From the IMG/VR virus record IMGVR_UViG_3300047472_000155, positions 1 through 64,000 of that record: a DNA stretch of 64,000 bases, one strand, 5' to 3'. A model generated the notes under the pieces. It worked only from the letters and a program-made list of their open reading frames with translations, made no database searches and was not told the DNA's origin. A program made the translations under genes and the position numbers. The stretch is from a virus. Below, one piece after another: positions 55,984-64,000 of the stretch. Within the stretch, counting starts at the first letter, position 1. Each line of letters opens with the position of its first letter.

Positions 55984-56089
55984 TGACAATATATGTAAAA
56001 AACATACGAACAAATGGGAACAAATTGTGAATATTGTGTGTCATATCTTTATGCACTTGACATGCAATCCTACTATGAAATAGTATGGA

Positions 56090-56805
56090 GAAGCAAACAA
56101 GACAAAACACACCTAGAGCACGAATGAGTGACCGACATTAATAGGTCGCACACGAACGGACACAATGACGGATAAGCTACCGACACACGAATAAGCCTAG
56201 CTACTAGAATTTTAGTAACTAACTTATGGTAAGTGTTAGATAAAATGAGGGTGAATAGGTTGAACACGTTATGCAATGCTAACACGCCTATGAACTATGG
56301 CGAATGACCATAGAAGAAAGGGAATGGTGAGAAGCCCAAAGCGGCATGTATGCACGAAAGGTCATTCGATATGATAACCTAGACGCTCATACATTGATTG
56401 CATTTAATATCATTGGTTCCTTGACAATCTAACGGTTTATCGCATACCTAGACTACGCCGAAAGGCAATGTCAAAAGCGATACATTGTGTGAGGTCTATG
56501 TGCCTAGTAGTGTATAGGGTTAAGGGCAACAAAATGACGAAAGGTTAGTCAATGGTACGTGCATTATGAGCGTACATGATACACATGTAAGGCATTGCGT
56601 ACATGTGTATGGCATAAACTAATTTAGTAACGTTTTGGATACCATGAGAGTAATACATGAAGGACAATGCCATGGATAGCGTACTATCGTTAACTCACAA
56701 TGTAAAAGGAATAATCGTTGTTCAAGATAGTGCGAAATTCGTAGTATCTTGAACAACGTTGTAAGCAACTAATATAATGTAAGTTAGTTGTTTACAACGT
56801 TGTAC
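56090..56805 (+). ncRNA. Candidate large ornate ncRNA / leader RNA
   Basis: Follows TTGACA at 56057; no plus-strand ORF in the track; many long-range helices, GAAA loops and two potential pseudoknots. Confidence 0.65.
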
Positions 56806-56828
56806 ATACAACGAATAAAAACATTGGA

Positions 56829-57494
56829 GTGATTGAAATGCATTTGCCACAACTTAAAGTGTTAGACCGTAAAACGATTATCAATGTACCAATTCTATGC
56901 GGCACAAAAGAATTTGACCAATATTCGGAAATTAACTCTCTTACGGCATCGGGTGAAACGTTTAAAAGTACTAGTTCAACATCAAGCAAATATAATCTTG
57001 CTTCGGTACACGCTTGGGTCAATATTGACCAATTACAAGCCGATGGAATTATTACTAAATTAGGTTTCGGAAGATGGGAAACCGAATTGTCGGAAAAGAA
57101 CGGTATACATTACACAATGAAAATTGATGAAACCGGAGAGGGAAAATATGTAAAAGGTAAGATCACTTACAATATTGTAGCGGTTGAAGTTAATGGTAAA
57201 AAATACACCGTCAAAAACGATCACAAATTGCCAAATGGCACGGAAATGCAAACAAGTTTCGAAATGACTTATAATGGTAAAAGTGCTAAAAATTCCACAT
57301 TGTTCGGATTCTTGCGCCGCATTATCTACAATGGATTACTTCAATTTGACAAGGTTGATCATCTTGAATTGATGGTAGCTAAACCTAAAACACCATCAAA
57401 ACCTAAAGCCAAACCTAAAGCGGCAAGCGTAGATATTCCAAAAGGCAAGGGTGCGGACAAACAAGAGAGTGCACAAAAAGCCGCAAATGAATGA
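56829..57494 (+). CDS. Hypothetical early protein with Lys/Pro/Ala-rich tail
   Basis: 221 aa; tail KPKTPSKPKAKPKAAS; first gene after the leader RNA. Confidence 0.7.
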   Translation: MIEMHLPQLKVLDRKTIINVPILCGTKEFDQYSEINSLTASGETFKSTSSTSSKYNLASVHAWVNIDQLQADGIITKLGFGRWETELSEKNGIHYTMKIDETGEGKYVKGKITYNIVAVEVNGKKYTVKNDHKLPNGTEMQTSFEMTYNGKSAKNSTLFGFLRRIIYNGLLQFDKVDHLELMVAKPKTPSKPKAKPKAASVDIPKGKGADKQESAQKAANE

Positions 57495-57505
57495 TGCGGC
57501 TTTTT
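57475..57505 (+). terminator. Intrinsic terminator
   Basis: AAAAAGCCGCA-loop-TGCGGCTTTTT. Confidence 0.7.
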
Positions 57506-57607
57506 GATTTTGAAACTAAATTTAAAAATGATAGTAGCTAACATTTAGTAAGCACTTAAAATGTTAGCTATTTTTGATTTTTAAATTAAAGAAAGGAATG
57601 GTAAAAT

Positions 57608-57784
57608 ATGGCAACTATGACAATGGAACAAAAGTATTACAACATAAAGCAAGAATTGAAAAATGCCAATAACAACCTTGATTTCAAGGCAATTAAACGA
57701 TTACAAAATAAACTTACCAAATGGCAACAAGCGTATGGAGCGTATGCACCTATAACACAAACAAACTTTCATAAATACGATTAA
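57608..57784 (+). CDS. Small hypothetical protein (58 aa)
   Basis: Below track cutoff; MATMTMEQKYYNIKQELK...; RBS AAAGGA. Confidence 0.55.
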   Translation: MATMTMEQKYYNIKQELKNANNNLDFKAIKRLQNKLTKWQQAYGAYAPITQTNFHKYD

Positions 57785-57789
57785 AAGGA

Positions 57790-58065
57790 ATGATTATAAT
57801 GATGATGGAAATTTTAGAAAAAGATAAGACAGAAGTAAGATCAGTAATTGGTAAGCGGCTACGTACAATGATTAAGACATTGCCACAACATGTAAAAGCA
57901 GATATTTTTAATATGATACATAACCAATCAACAAAGGATTATGCATGTTATGGTAAGTCATATGTTGAATTACAATTTGTCAATCATGAGTTATCAGCAA
58001 TCACATTAGATGCAATCAACATCAAGGATAACACATCCAAACGCTTCATGCTTTTAATATCATAA
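57790..58065 (+). CDS. Hypothetical early protein
   Basis: 91 aa with RBS. Confidence 0.6.
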   Translation: MIIMMMEILEKDKTEVRSVIGKRLRTMIKTLPQHVKADIFNMIHNQSTKDYACYGKSYVELQFVNHELSAITLDAINIKDNTSKRFMLLIS

Positions 58066-58173
58066 ATATCAGATAAAATTCAATTCAGTGAATGATAGTT
58101 CCCTATAACACACATAAGTATAGGGAACAATTGATTTATTGAATTACAAATAATACAAAAAGGATGATAAAAT

Positions 58174-58353
58174 ATGGAAAAATTGAATCATTATAGTTTT
58201 GAAGTTATTTTTATGGATGGAGAAGAAAAATGGATATCAAATAATAATGTAAGCATGAATGAGGCAATGATACAAATAATTAGAACAGAAGAAAAAGATA
58301 TCAGAAAAATAACAATAATGGAAATGAGTACTAATACTAATAAAGTAATTTGA
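58174..58353 (+). CDS. Small hypothetical protein (59 aa)
   Basis: Below track cutoff; MEKLNHYSFEVIFMDGEEKW...; RBS AAGGATG. Confidence 0.6.
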   Translation: MEKLNHYSFEVIFMDGEEKWISNNNVSMNEAMIQIIRTEEKDIRKITIMEMSTNTNKVI

Positions 58354-58430
58354 AAAGATAGGGAGATACAATATTTTGAATTGTATCTCTTAATTGTTTT
58401 CAAATTTAACACTTAAAGGGTGATAACACA

Positions 58431-58697
58431 ATGTCAAGTGTAAAACAAGAGAAATTCAAGGAAGTCAAGGCGCAACATGAGCTATTGAAAAAAATTAGCT
58501 TCACATCAACTCTGATAAAAGAAATTAATGATTCCTTGTTTGCTTCTAATCAAGCTTTTGTGGAATTTTCTGGTGACGATGTAAACTATCAGACAATGAT
58601 CAGCATTAAGTTAGTGGAACGTTTGTTCTTTGAACAAGGTGCAAACGTAGTGAGCATGTATGGATCAAAGAAATTCATTTTGTCAATAACAATATAA
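58431..58697 (+). CDS. Hypothetical early protein
   Basis: 88 aa; RBS AGGGTG. Confidence 0.6.
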   Translation: MSSVKQEKFKEVKAQHELLKKISFTSTLIKEINDSLFASNQAFVEFSGDDVNYQTMISIKLVERLFFEQGANVVSMYGSKKFILSITI

Positions 58698-58719
58698 CAC
58701 TGAGAAGGAGATGTAACAC

Positions 58720-59037
58720 ATGAGTCTATACGCTGTTACTTTAAGATTAAAACCTGTTCAAATTATTGAAGCATCAAACAGATCAGAAGCAATTGAAATT
58801 GTTCGCAGAAAATTTTTAAATGCCTTTATTACAAAAGTAGAAAAGACGCAAAAACAGAAACTTTGGTGTGACCGTATTGTTATTGTAACGCCAAATAACA
58901 CAAGGTATTTGCCTTTTGAAGTTACATATCATGAATATTGTGACGGAAATGCTCTTATCGAAGCTCAAATAAAATACGGTAAAATTGCTACATGTTCAAT
59001 CAAAAAACCAGTTGAAGCTCTGGCAAATGCAATATAA
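58720..59037 (+). CDS. Hypothetical early protein
   Basis: 105 aa; RBS AAGGAG. Confidence 0.6.
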   Translation: MSLYAVTLRLKPVQIIEASNRSEAIEIVRRKFLNAFITKVEKTQKQKLWCDRIVIVTPNNTRYLPFEVTYHEYCDGNALIEAQIKYGKIATCSIKKPVEALANAI

Positions 59038-59136
59038 AATGTTTTAGCAACCATATCAGTGATTTAAGTCACATCAGATTTAAATCACTTAATGGTTTTT
59101 AAAACCAGCAATAACACCATGACAGGAGGAACCCAC

Positions 59137-59349
59137 ATGAAAAAGAATCAAATCAGAAACTTATTTGATGTTGCTGTAGAAATGAGACTATCAGCCCAAT
59201 ATTTTGCGGTAATCCTATTCCAGTTAAACAAAGAATTAGCAGTATGGATCAGAAAACAATGGATTGTAGGACGTATAACACAATCGGAATACACGGACAG
59301 ATTGATGGATTATATAACATTGGAAGTTGAATTTATCGGCGTCAGTTAG
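59137..59349 (+). CDS. Hypothetical early protein
   Basis: Start re-called at MKKNQ behind AGGAGG. Confidence 0.6.
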   Translation: MKKNQIRNLFDVAVEMRLSAQYFAVILFQLNKELAVWIRKQWIVGRITQSEYTDRLMDYITLEVEFIGVS

Positions 59350-59442
59350 TAAATGACAATGACATTAAGCATAACACGCCTATATATAAGAGGCTTAATG
59401 TTATTAGTGAGTTACTAACAAAACTAAAAAGGATGATTAAAT

Positions 59443-59733
59443 ATGGAAATCAAAAAGAATCATGATGTAATTAAAGCGTTTTTGATGGGTTATAGGGAAG
59501 GTCAGGCTAATCATCTTAAAATTGAAGAAAGAAAAGACCGAACAGCTTTATTGAACTTTGATACAGTAATTGCAGAAATATTTAGTCATGGAAATGAGAT
59601 TCACATCAATAAAAGCAATTATGGAAGAAGTACTACTCGGATTCAGAATATATTGATTAGAGAAGCCACGGAAGGTAAATGCAACGTTGTTTATCATTTC
59701 GATATTGACAAGCATAGCAAGATATTAGTTTGA
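59443..59733 (+). CDS. Hypothetical early protein
   Basis: 96 aa; LLNFDTVIA...YGRSTTRIQN. Confidence 0.65.
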   Translation: MEIKKNHDVIKAFLMGYREGQANHLKIEERKDRTALLNFDTVIAEIFSHGNEIHINKSNYGRSTTRIQNILIREATEGKCNVVYHFDIDKHSKILV

Positions 59734-59836
59734 TGATCGACTCAGTAAATGATAGTCTTCTATATAACACCATATTATATAGAAGACAATTGATTCACTG
59801 AATCAATAAAAAATATACATAAAGGAGAGAATACCT

Positions 59837-59932
59837 ATGACTCCAAGTAAACTTGCTGTATTAAAAAGTCAATGGGACAGAAAGCAACAAATGAAAGATA
59901 AAACTATTGTAGGCGCTCTGATTTTGAAATAG
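59837..59932 (+). CDS. Micro-protein (31 aa)
   Basis: RBS AAAGGAG; MTPSKLAVLKSQWDRKQQMKDKTIVGALILK. Confidence 0.45.
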   Translation: MTPSKLAVLKSQWDRKQQMKDKTIVGALILK

Positions 59933-59948
59933 TTTTATAAACGAAAGG

Positions 59949-60293
59949 ATGAATATAACAATGAGCAATTACGTGGACAACAGACGGAAATACTTGGATA
60001 AAGTTGTAGAATTTCAGAATGAAGTTGAAAAGATCATGTTTGAAATTGATCTTATCAACTTGGAAAAAGTAAAATATATGAACATGAGAGATCAGACAAT
60101 TCACTTCCGTCTGACAATTTGCAAAGCATTTATTCATGAAGTATTAAGGTTGAATCAAATTCTTGAGCCTAAGATGAAAGAGCTTCAGGAAATGTGGTAC
60201 AAATACGATACAATGCGGTATCAACCGAATAAACAAGAGCGCCTCAGTGCAATGATTGAGGGGATGTATTCGCCAGAAAGAAATATTGGATAA
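59949..60293 (+). CDS. Hypothetical early protein
   Basis: 114 aa helical; start probably 59961. Confidence 0.6.
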   Translation: MNITMSNYVDNRRKYLDKVVEFQNEVEKIMFEIDLINLEKVKYMNMRDQTIHFRLTICKAFIHEVLRLNQILEPKMKELQEMWYKYDTMRYQPNKQERLSAMIEGMYSPERNIG

Positions 60294-60388
60294 CTCAGTG
60301 ATTCATTAAGCCCTTTATATATTATAGAGGGCTTAAATGTTTTACTGAATAATACACTTTTTAAAGGAAAGAGAGAGGATGATTAAAT

Positions 60389-60790
60389 ATGTTATCGTTC
60401 ACTAGTAAAGTCGTAGGAAAAGCAATGATTGAGAAAGAGGTCACAGAAAAAGACATTGAAACAATTATCGTCAATGGTTTTGAAGGTGGCATTAAATATT
60501 GGGCAGGATTGGATGTATATTATTCTGAGGATGTATTCAATTGTCCCAAAGATGAACCGTGGTCAACATGGTGCACAAAGCTGTTGATTGAAGGTAAGTC
60601 AGTTAAATTGTATGATGTTGAAGGTACAGAAGATGACAACAATTGGATTTTAACACTAGACAAAATTATCAATGGATATAAATTAAATTGCATTAAGCGT
60701 CCACACGATTCAGATTTAGAAAATGGAGACGCTACGACAAGTGATTCAATCATTCAGTATGCATTGTTTAATGAAATTGTATTTGGATAA
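60389..60790 (+). CDS. Conserved-looking phage hypothetical protein
   Basis: EGGIKYWA...DATTSDSIIQYALFNEIVFG. Confidence 0.7.
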   Translation: MLSFTSKVVGKAMIEKEVTEKDIETIIVNGFEGGIKYWAGLDVYYSEDVFNCPKDEPWSTWCTKLLIEGKSVKLYDVEGTEDDNNWILTLDKIINGYKLNCIKRPHDSDLENGDATTSDSIIQYALFNEIVFG

Positions 60791-60806
60791 GAGAGGATGA
60801 ATAACA

Positions 60807-61004
60807 GTGAATAAAAAAGCGGCAATCGCTATTTTTAAAGGTGAATATGCACAATTTTTAATTGACAAGAAGAACGATATTCCTGCTAAACAGCAAGCAT
60901 GGACAGAATTTGTTGATATGTTGTGCAAGAATGGAGACATAAAACAGAAACAATTTGATACATGGGACAATCCAAGCTTTGCAAAAGCCAAGAAGAGAGG
61001 GTGA
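60807..61004 (+). CDS. Hypothetical early protein
   Basis: 65 aa; AWTEFVDMLCKNGDI...W. Confidence 0.65.
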   Translation: MNKKAAIAIFKGEYAQFLIDKKNDIPAKQQAWTEFVDMLCKNGDIKQKQFDTWDNPSFAKAKKRG

Positions 61005-61010
61005 TAACAA

Positions 61011-61217
61011 ATGGGAATGATTCAGTCACATCATGAAATAAATGTTTCTTTAAATGGCAGGCATTTGTTTGCAACAGCAGAAAGAAGTTGTGTATCTACA
61101 AGTGAGTTGAATGAAATCTTAGAAGTGTTCATCAAGAAATTTCCAAAATCAGAAGGTTATAGCATATCTTATACAAAGGTAAAATGTGAAGGATCATCAA
61201 AAGAAGTAAGAAATTAA
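61011..61217 (+). CDS. Hypothetical early protein
   Basis: 68 aa; INVSLNGRHLFAT...KFPKSEGY. Confidence 0.65.
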   Translation: MGMIQSHHEINVSLNGRHLFATAERSCVSTSELNEILEVFIKKFPKSEGYSISYTKVKCEGSSKEVRN

Positions 61218-61309
61218 TTCAGTAAATGATAGTTCTCTATATGACAATAGATTATATAGGGAACAATTGATTTATTGAAGTACATACTAATGAAAATGAG
61301 GCGGTTAAT

Positions 61310-61594
61310 ATGGCACACCTTGTAAGCAAGAATCAGTATGAAGACATCAAGAATCAGAAATATGTATTGGTAAATTTTGATTTTATTGGAAGAAGAACAA
61401 TGCATTACAGCGGATTGTCAATAATAGGGATAATGGAGGCAATGCAGAAACAGGTTAGTTTGAGTGTGGTATCTACAGTGTTTACAGAAGAAGAGATTAA
61501 AATGTTTAATATTGACTTGACAAAAAGAGATATTGAGTATTTCAGAAAGTTTAAACAAGATATAGAAAAACTGAAAAGAGTTTCGAATCAGTAA
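61310..61594 (+). CDS. Hypothetical early protein
   Basis: 94 aa; RBS GAGG. Confidence 0.6.
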   Translation: MAHLVSKNQYEDIKNQKYVLVNFDFIGRRTMHYSGLSIIGIMEAMQKQVSLSVVSTVFTEEEIKMFNIDLTKRDIEYFRKFKQDIEKLKRVSNQ

Positions 61595-61666
61595 ATGATA
61601 TCACCTTATATAATACATATTATGTAAGGTGCAATTGATTAACTGATTTAGAATAAAACAAAAGGG

Positions 61667-62713
61667 ATGATAAATATGTTATTTCAAACAATTACAAGAC
61701 CAGTTGTATACAAGAAATTCGGTGATGTCAATCCAATCGAACATGATGGAGGCTTTTACACAGAAACATCTAAAGGCGAATTTGAAATTATTCATATCAC
61801 ACCTGATGAAGAACATGAAAATTTCGGATGGTGGAATGTGGTATCTGTGGATACCACAGACGATTCTTGGATTGATGTGAAAAGCATTTGTTCATTTGCC
61901 GACATTGGTCCAGATAATGTTGATACTATTGATTTTGCACTTGCCTGCATTAATTATTATGGAATAGAAAATTTTGGTGGCAATCAAGCACAAGAATCAG
62001 CGATTAGTCATCGTGAAATTGAAAAATTATATAACACAATCGTATCAGAAAATTTCATTGAAGATGATGAAAATTTAAAACATCGTATTATCAATTATTT
62101 TGATGTATGGGGCAATTCTAAAGACGGTTATGAAGTTAATAACATGTGTGAAGAAGGAGTAATAACATTGCACATGAACGCAACGAATGAAGATGTTCTG
62201 AAAGCGCTTAAGAAATTCGGATTCTTCAAAAAACATGTGCGAATGAACATGGTTCAGTTTGATGACTCATTAATAGATATGTGGGAAATTAACGATTCAA
62301 AAGGCAAACCTATCTGTCGTGTGGAACCAATTATTGAAGAACCAGATTACAAACACACTATAACATATGATAGTGAGCATGGTGAACGTGTTCAGAAACA
62401 CTTTGAAACAAAGTCAGAAGTATATAAGTTTCTTGACACGTTGTCTAATGATTTAAATGATGTATGGACAGACTATAAAGAAGACGAATCCACAAAAGAG
62501 GTGTTACAAATGGAAAAGGATAATATCAAAATCGAAGGTCACAGAGGAACATGGTATATAATTGATGAAGCTAAATACAATGGTGAAGCGGTATATTTGC
62601 TTGAACATGAAGCATATGGAGATACCGCTGCTTGTTTAATTGTTCGTGGAGACCTATCCATTGTTTTAGATGATGTATGGAATGGGTTTGATGATTTAAA
62701 TGATTTAGAGTAG
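61667..62713 (+). CDS. Acidic multidomain (polyvalent-type) early protein
   Basis: 348 aa with apparent modules GDVNPIEHDG, DVWGNSKDGYEVNN and HRGTWYIID...LLEHEAYGD...DDVWNGF. Confidence 0.65.
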   Translation: MINMLFQTITRPVVYKKFGDVNPIEHDGGFYTETSKGEFEIIHITPDEEHENFGWWNVVSVDTTDDSWIDVKSICSFADIGPDNVDTIDFALACINYYGIENFGGNQAQESAISHREIEKLYNTIVSENFIEDDENLKHRIINYFDVWGNSKDGYEVNNMCEEGVITLHMNATNEDVLKALKKFGFFKKHVRMNMVQFDDSLIDMWEINDSKGKPICRVEPIIEEPDYKHTITYDSEHGERVQKHFETKSEVYKFLDTLSNDLNDVWTDYKEDESTKEVLQMEKDNIKIEGHRGTWYIIDEAKYNGEAVYLLEHEAYGDTAACLIVRGDLSIVLDDVWNGFDDLNDLE

Positions 62714-62797
62714 TTTCAGAATTGATTATGCCTTATATAACAACATATTATATAAGGCATTAATGAGTTATTGAAACTCAAGAAAGGATGATACAAT

Positions 62798-63187
62798 ATG
62801 GATAACAAAACTAAACAGTTAATTTTTGAAGGTGCAGGATGGGAAATTGCTGAACATAATGGTGTAGGTAATTGTCGTATCAGAACAAGATTGACAAATA
62901 AAGAAGGTAAATTTATTTACTTAGAAATGTCAGGCAATGATATTTCTAATTCCAGACGCCACCCATACAAAAAGGAATTTCCGTTTATTGGATATGTTCA
63001 GCATTGCTTTGAAAGTGATGATAACGAACATAGTGAATACAGAAAACTAGAAAATGTTCCTTTTCATTATTCCAAAAGTTCCATTTTAAGTATGGTAAAT
63101 GAAAAATTGAATTGCGATTATACTGAATTGGTTGTTATCAATGACAATTCAGTGAGAGTACATGATACAAAAAAACCATTGTGTTAA
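62798..63187 (+). CDS. Hypothetical early protein
   Basis: 129 aa; LIFEGAG...VGNCRIRT...IYLE. Confidence 0.65.
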   Translation: MDNKTKQLIFEGAGWEIAEHNGVGNCRIRTRLTNKEGKFIYLEMSGNDISNSRRHPYKKEFPFIGYVQHCFESDDNEHSEYRKLENVPFHYSKSSILSMVNEKLNCDYTELVVINDNSVRVHDTKKPLC

Positions 63188-63222
63188 AATAAATTAAACT
63201 TAATAATAAGGGATGATATCAT

Positions 63223-63888
63223 ATGACAAAACAAAAGTTGGTACATGGAAACAAGAGAACGATGGAATATATAGGTGAAGATAATTTTAGCAATCCTATA
63301 TATAGATGTGTTGAAAATGACTCTTTGTGGAAAGATATAGCACTTGGAGAGAGCGAGATTCCACAATTGTATGATTGTGGAAATGAAATTGATGGCGATC
63401 CAGGATTTCCTATAAGACCTGAATTGGAATTACACTTTATTAGTAAGCCGCCATCAAAAGAAAATAAATTTAATTACATGATGCTCAGTAGAATGCAAAG
63501 CGATTGCGAATACTATCTTAATTATGGAAATCGTAGTAAAAACAGATTGTATTATGAAGATGAACAGAGACACATTGATGAAATGAGGAAATTGCATAAC
63601 GCATTTCCGGAAGACGGAAAGCCAGAATGGTTAACAATGGAGCAAATAGAGCAATATGAAGTGCAAATGGTTTCCGTAAAATGTCCATCCTGTGGTGAGT
63701 TATATAGTATATCAGAATGGAATAATAACACATTTGAGATTGTTTCGAACTTAAATAATTCAGACGATCCCATTACTTCATATCACAAAAGAAAAGAAGG
63801 AACGCTTTATCGCTGTCCCAATCAAAATTGTGAAGATGAAGTTATTACAGATTCAAATCTTTGTTTGAAGGTTCAAGATTCAGAATAA
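63223..63888 (+). CDS. LPD11 (large polyvalent protein domain)-containing protein with C-terminal Zn ribbon
   Basis: YMMLSRMQSDCEYYL...KPEWLTMEQIEQY; CPSC...CPNQNC. Confidence 0.7.
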   Translation: MTKQKLVHGNKRTMEYIGEDNFSNPIYRCVENDSLWKDIALGESEIPQLYDCGNEIDGDPGFPIRPELELHFISKPPSKENKFNYMMLSRMQSDCEYYLNYGNRSKNRLYYEDEQRHIDEMRKLHNAFPEDGKPEWLTMEQIEQYEVQMVSVKCPSCGELYSISEWNNNTFEIVSNLNNSDDPITSYHKRKEGTLYRCPNQNCEDEVITDSNLCLKVQDSE

Positions 63889-63976
63889 TATACTATGCTC
63901 TTTACTACATATAGTAGAGGGCATAAATACTTTTCTGAATAAGAAAAGAATTCAATAACAAAAGGATGATATAACA

Positions 63977-64000
63977 TGACAAACCAAACTAAAAAATCAT
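63977..64000 (+). CDS. Start of next early gene (partial)
   Basis: RBS AAGGATG then ATG ACA AAC CAA... Confidence 0.5.

Larger units (their letters stand above)
57519..63940 (+). repeat. Dispersed family of about 11 intergenic 45-75 nt hairpins
   Basis: Consensus TCAGTRAAT-GATA-stem-loop-stem-AATTG-ATTYAYTGA, each upstream of an RBS. Confidence 0.85.

Noticed and set aside
56090-56805. Group I/II intron, RNase P RNA or tmRNA
   Set aside because: No interrupted gene, no GUGYG start or domain V, no complete P7 pair, no GAGGAAAGUCC, no tRNA-like ends.
57519-63940. Integron attC sites or intrinsic terminators
   Set aside because: No RYYYAAC/GTTRRRY boxes, wobble pairs favour the sense RNA, no U tracts, and neither recombinase is adjacent or recognisably IntI. 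Kept only as a minor alternative.

Overview
This 64 kb window is part of a large temperate Bacillales siphovirus genome with SPbeta-like gene order. A Paenibacillus-type host is inferred from a stalk-domain gene. (1) 1-28 kb, minus strand: late operon with terminase, portal, prohead protease, major capsid, head-tail and tail genes, a 2355-aa tape measure protein with a lytic transglycosylase domain, Dit, Tal-like and Fn3 proteins. (2) 28.4-39.2 kb, minus strand: 28 tRNA or tRNA-like genes, about seven structurally non-canonical, interleaved with nrdD/nrdG, an HNH gene and several unannotated structured RNAs. (3) 39.6-53 kb: PhoH, HU, RecD2, a TubZ/TubR-like partition pair, a tyrosine recombinase, a large inverted repeat, a Rep-like wHTH gene, a BRO antirepressor and an RsfA-like regulator, consistent with a plasmid-like prophage. 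(4) 53-56 kb: about 3 kb non-coding, with clustered cre-like and LexA-like boxes. (5) 56-64 kb, plus strand: a ~700-nt ornate RNA followed by small early genes punctuated by a family of covarying RNA hairpins. The most unusual signals are RNA: a tandem array of 8-9 diverged ToxI-like pseudoknot units (37.17-37.42 kb), a 356-nt helix-closed RNA with heptamer repeats behind a coiled-coil gene (37.84-38.9 kb), a promoter-driven ~350-nt RNA (39.23-39.59 kb), the ~700-nt leader RNA and the remodelled tRNAs. All calls were made by eye; no searches or folding programs were run.
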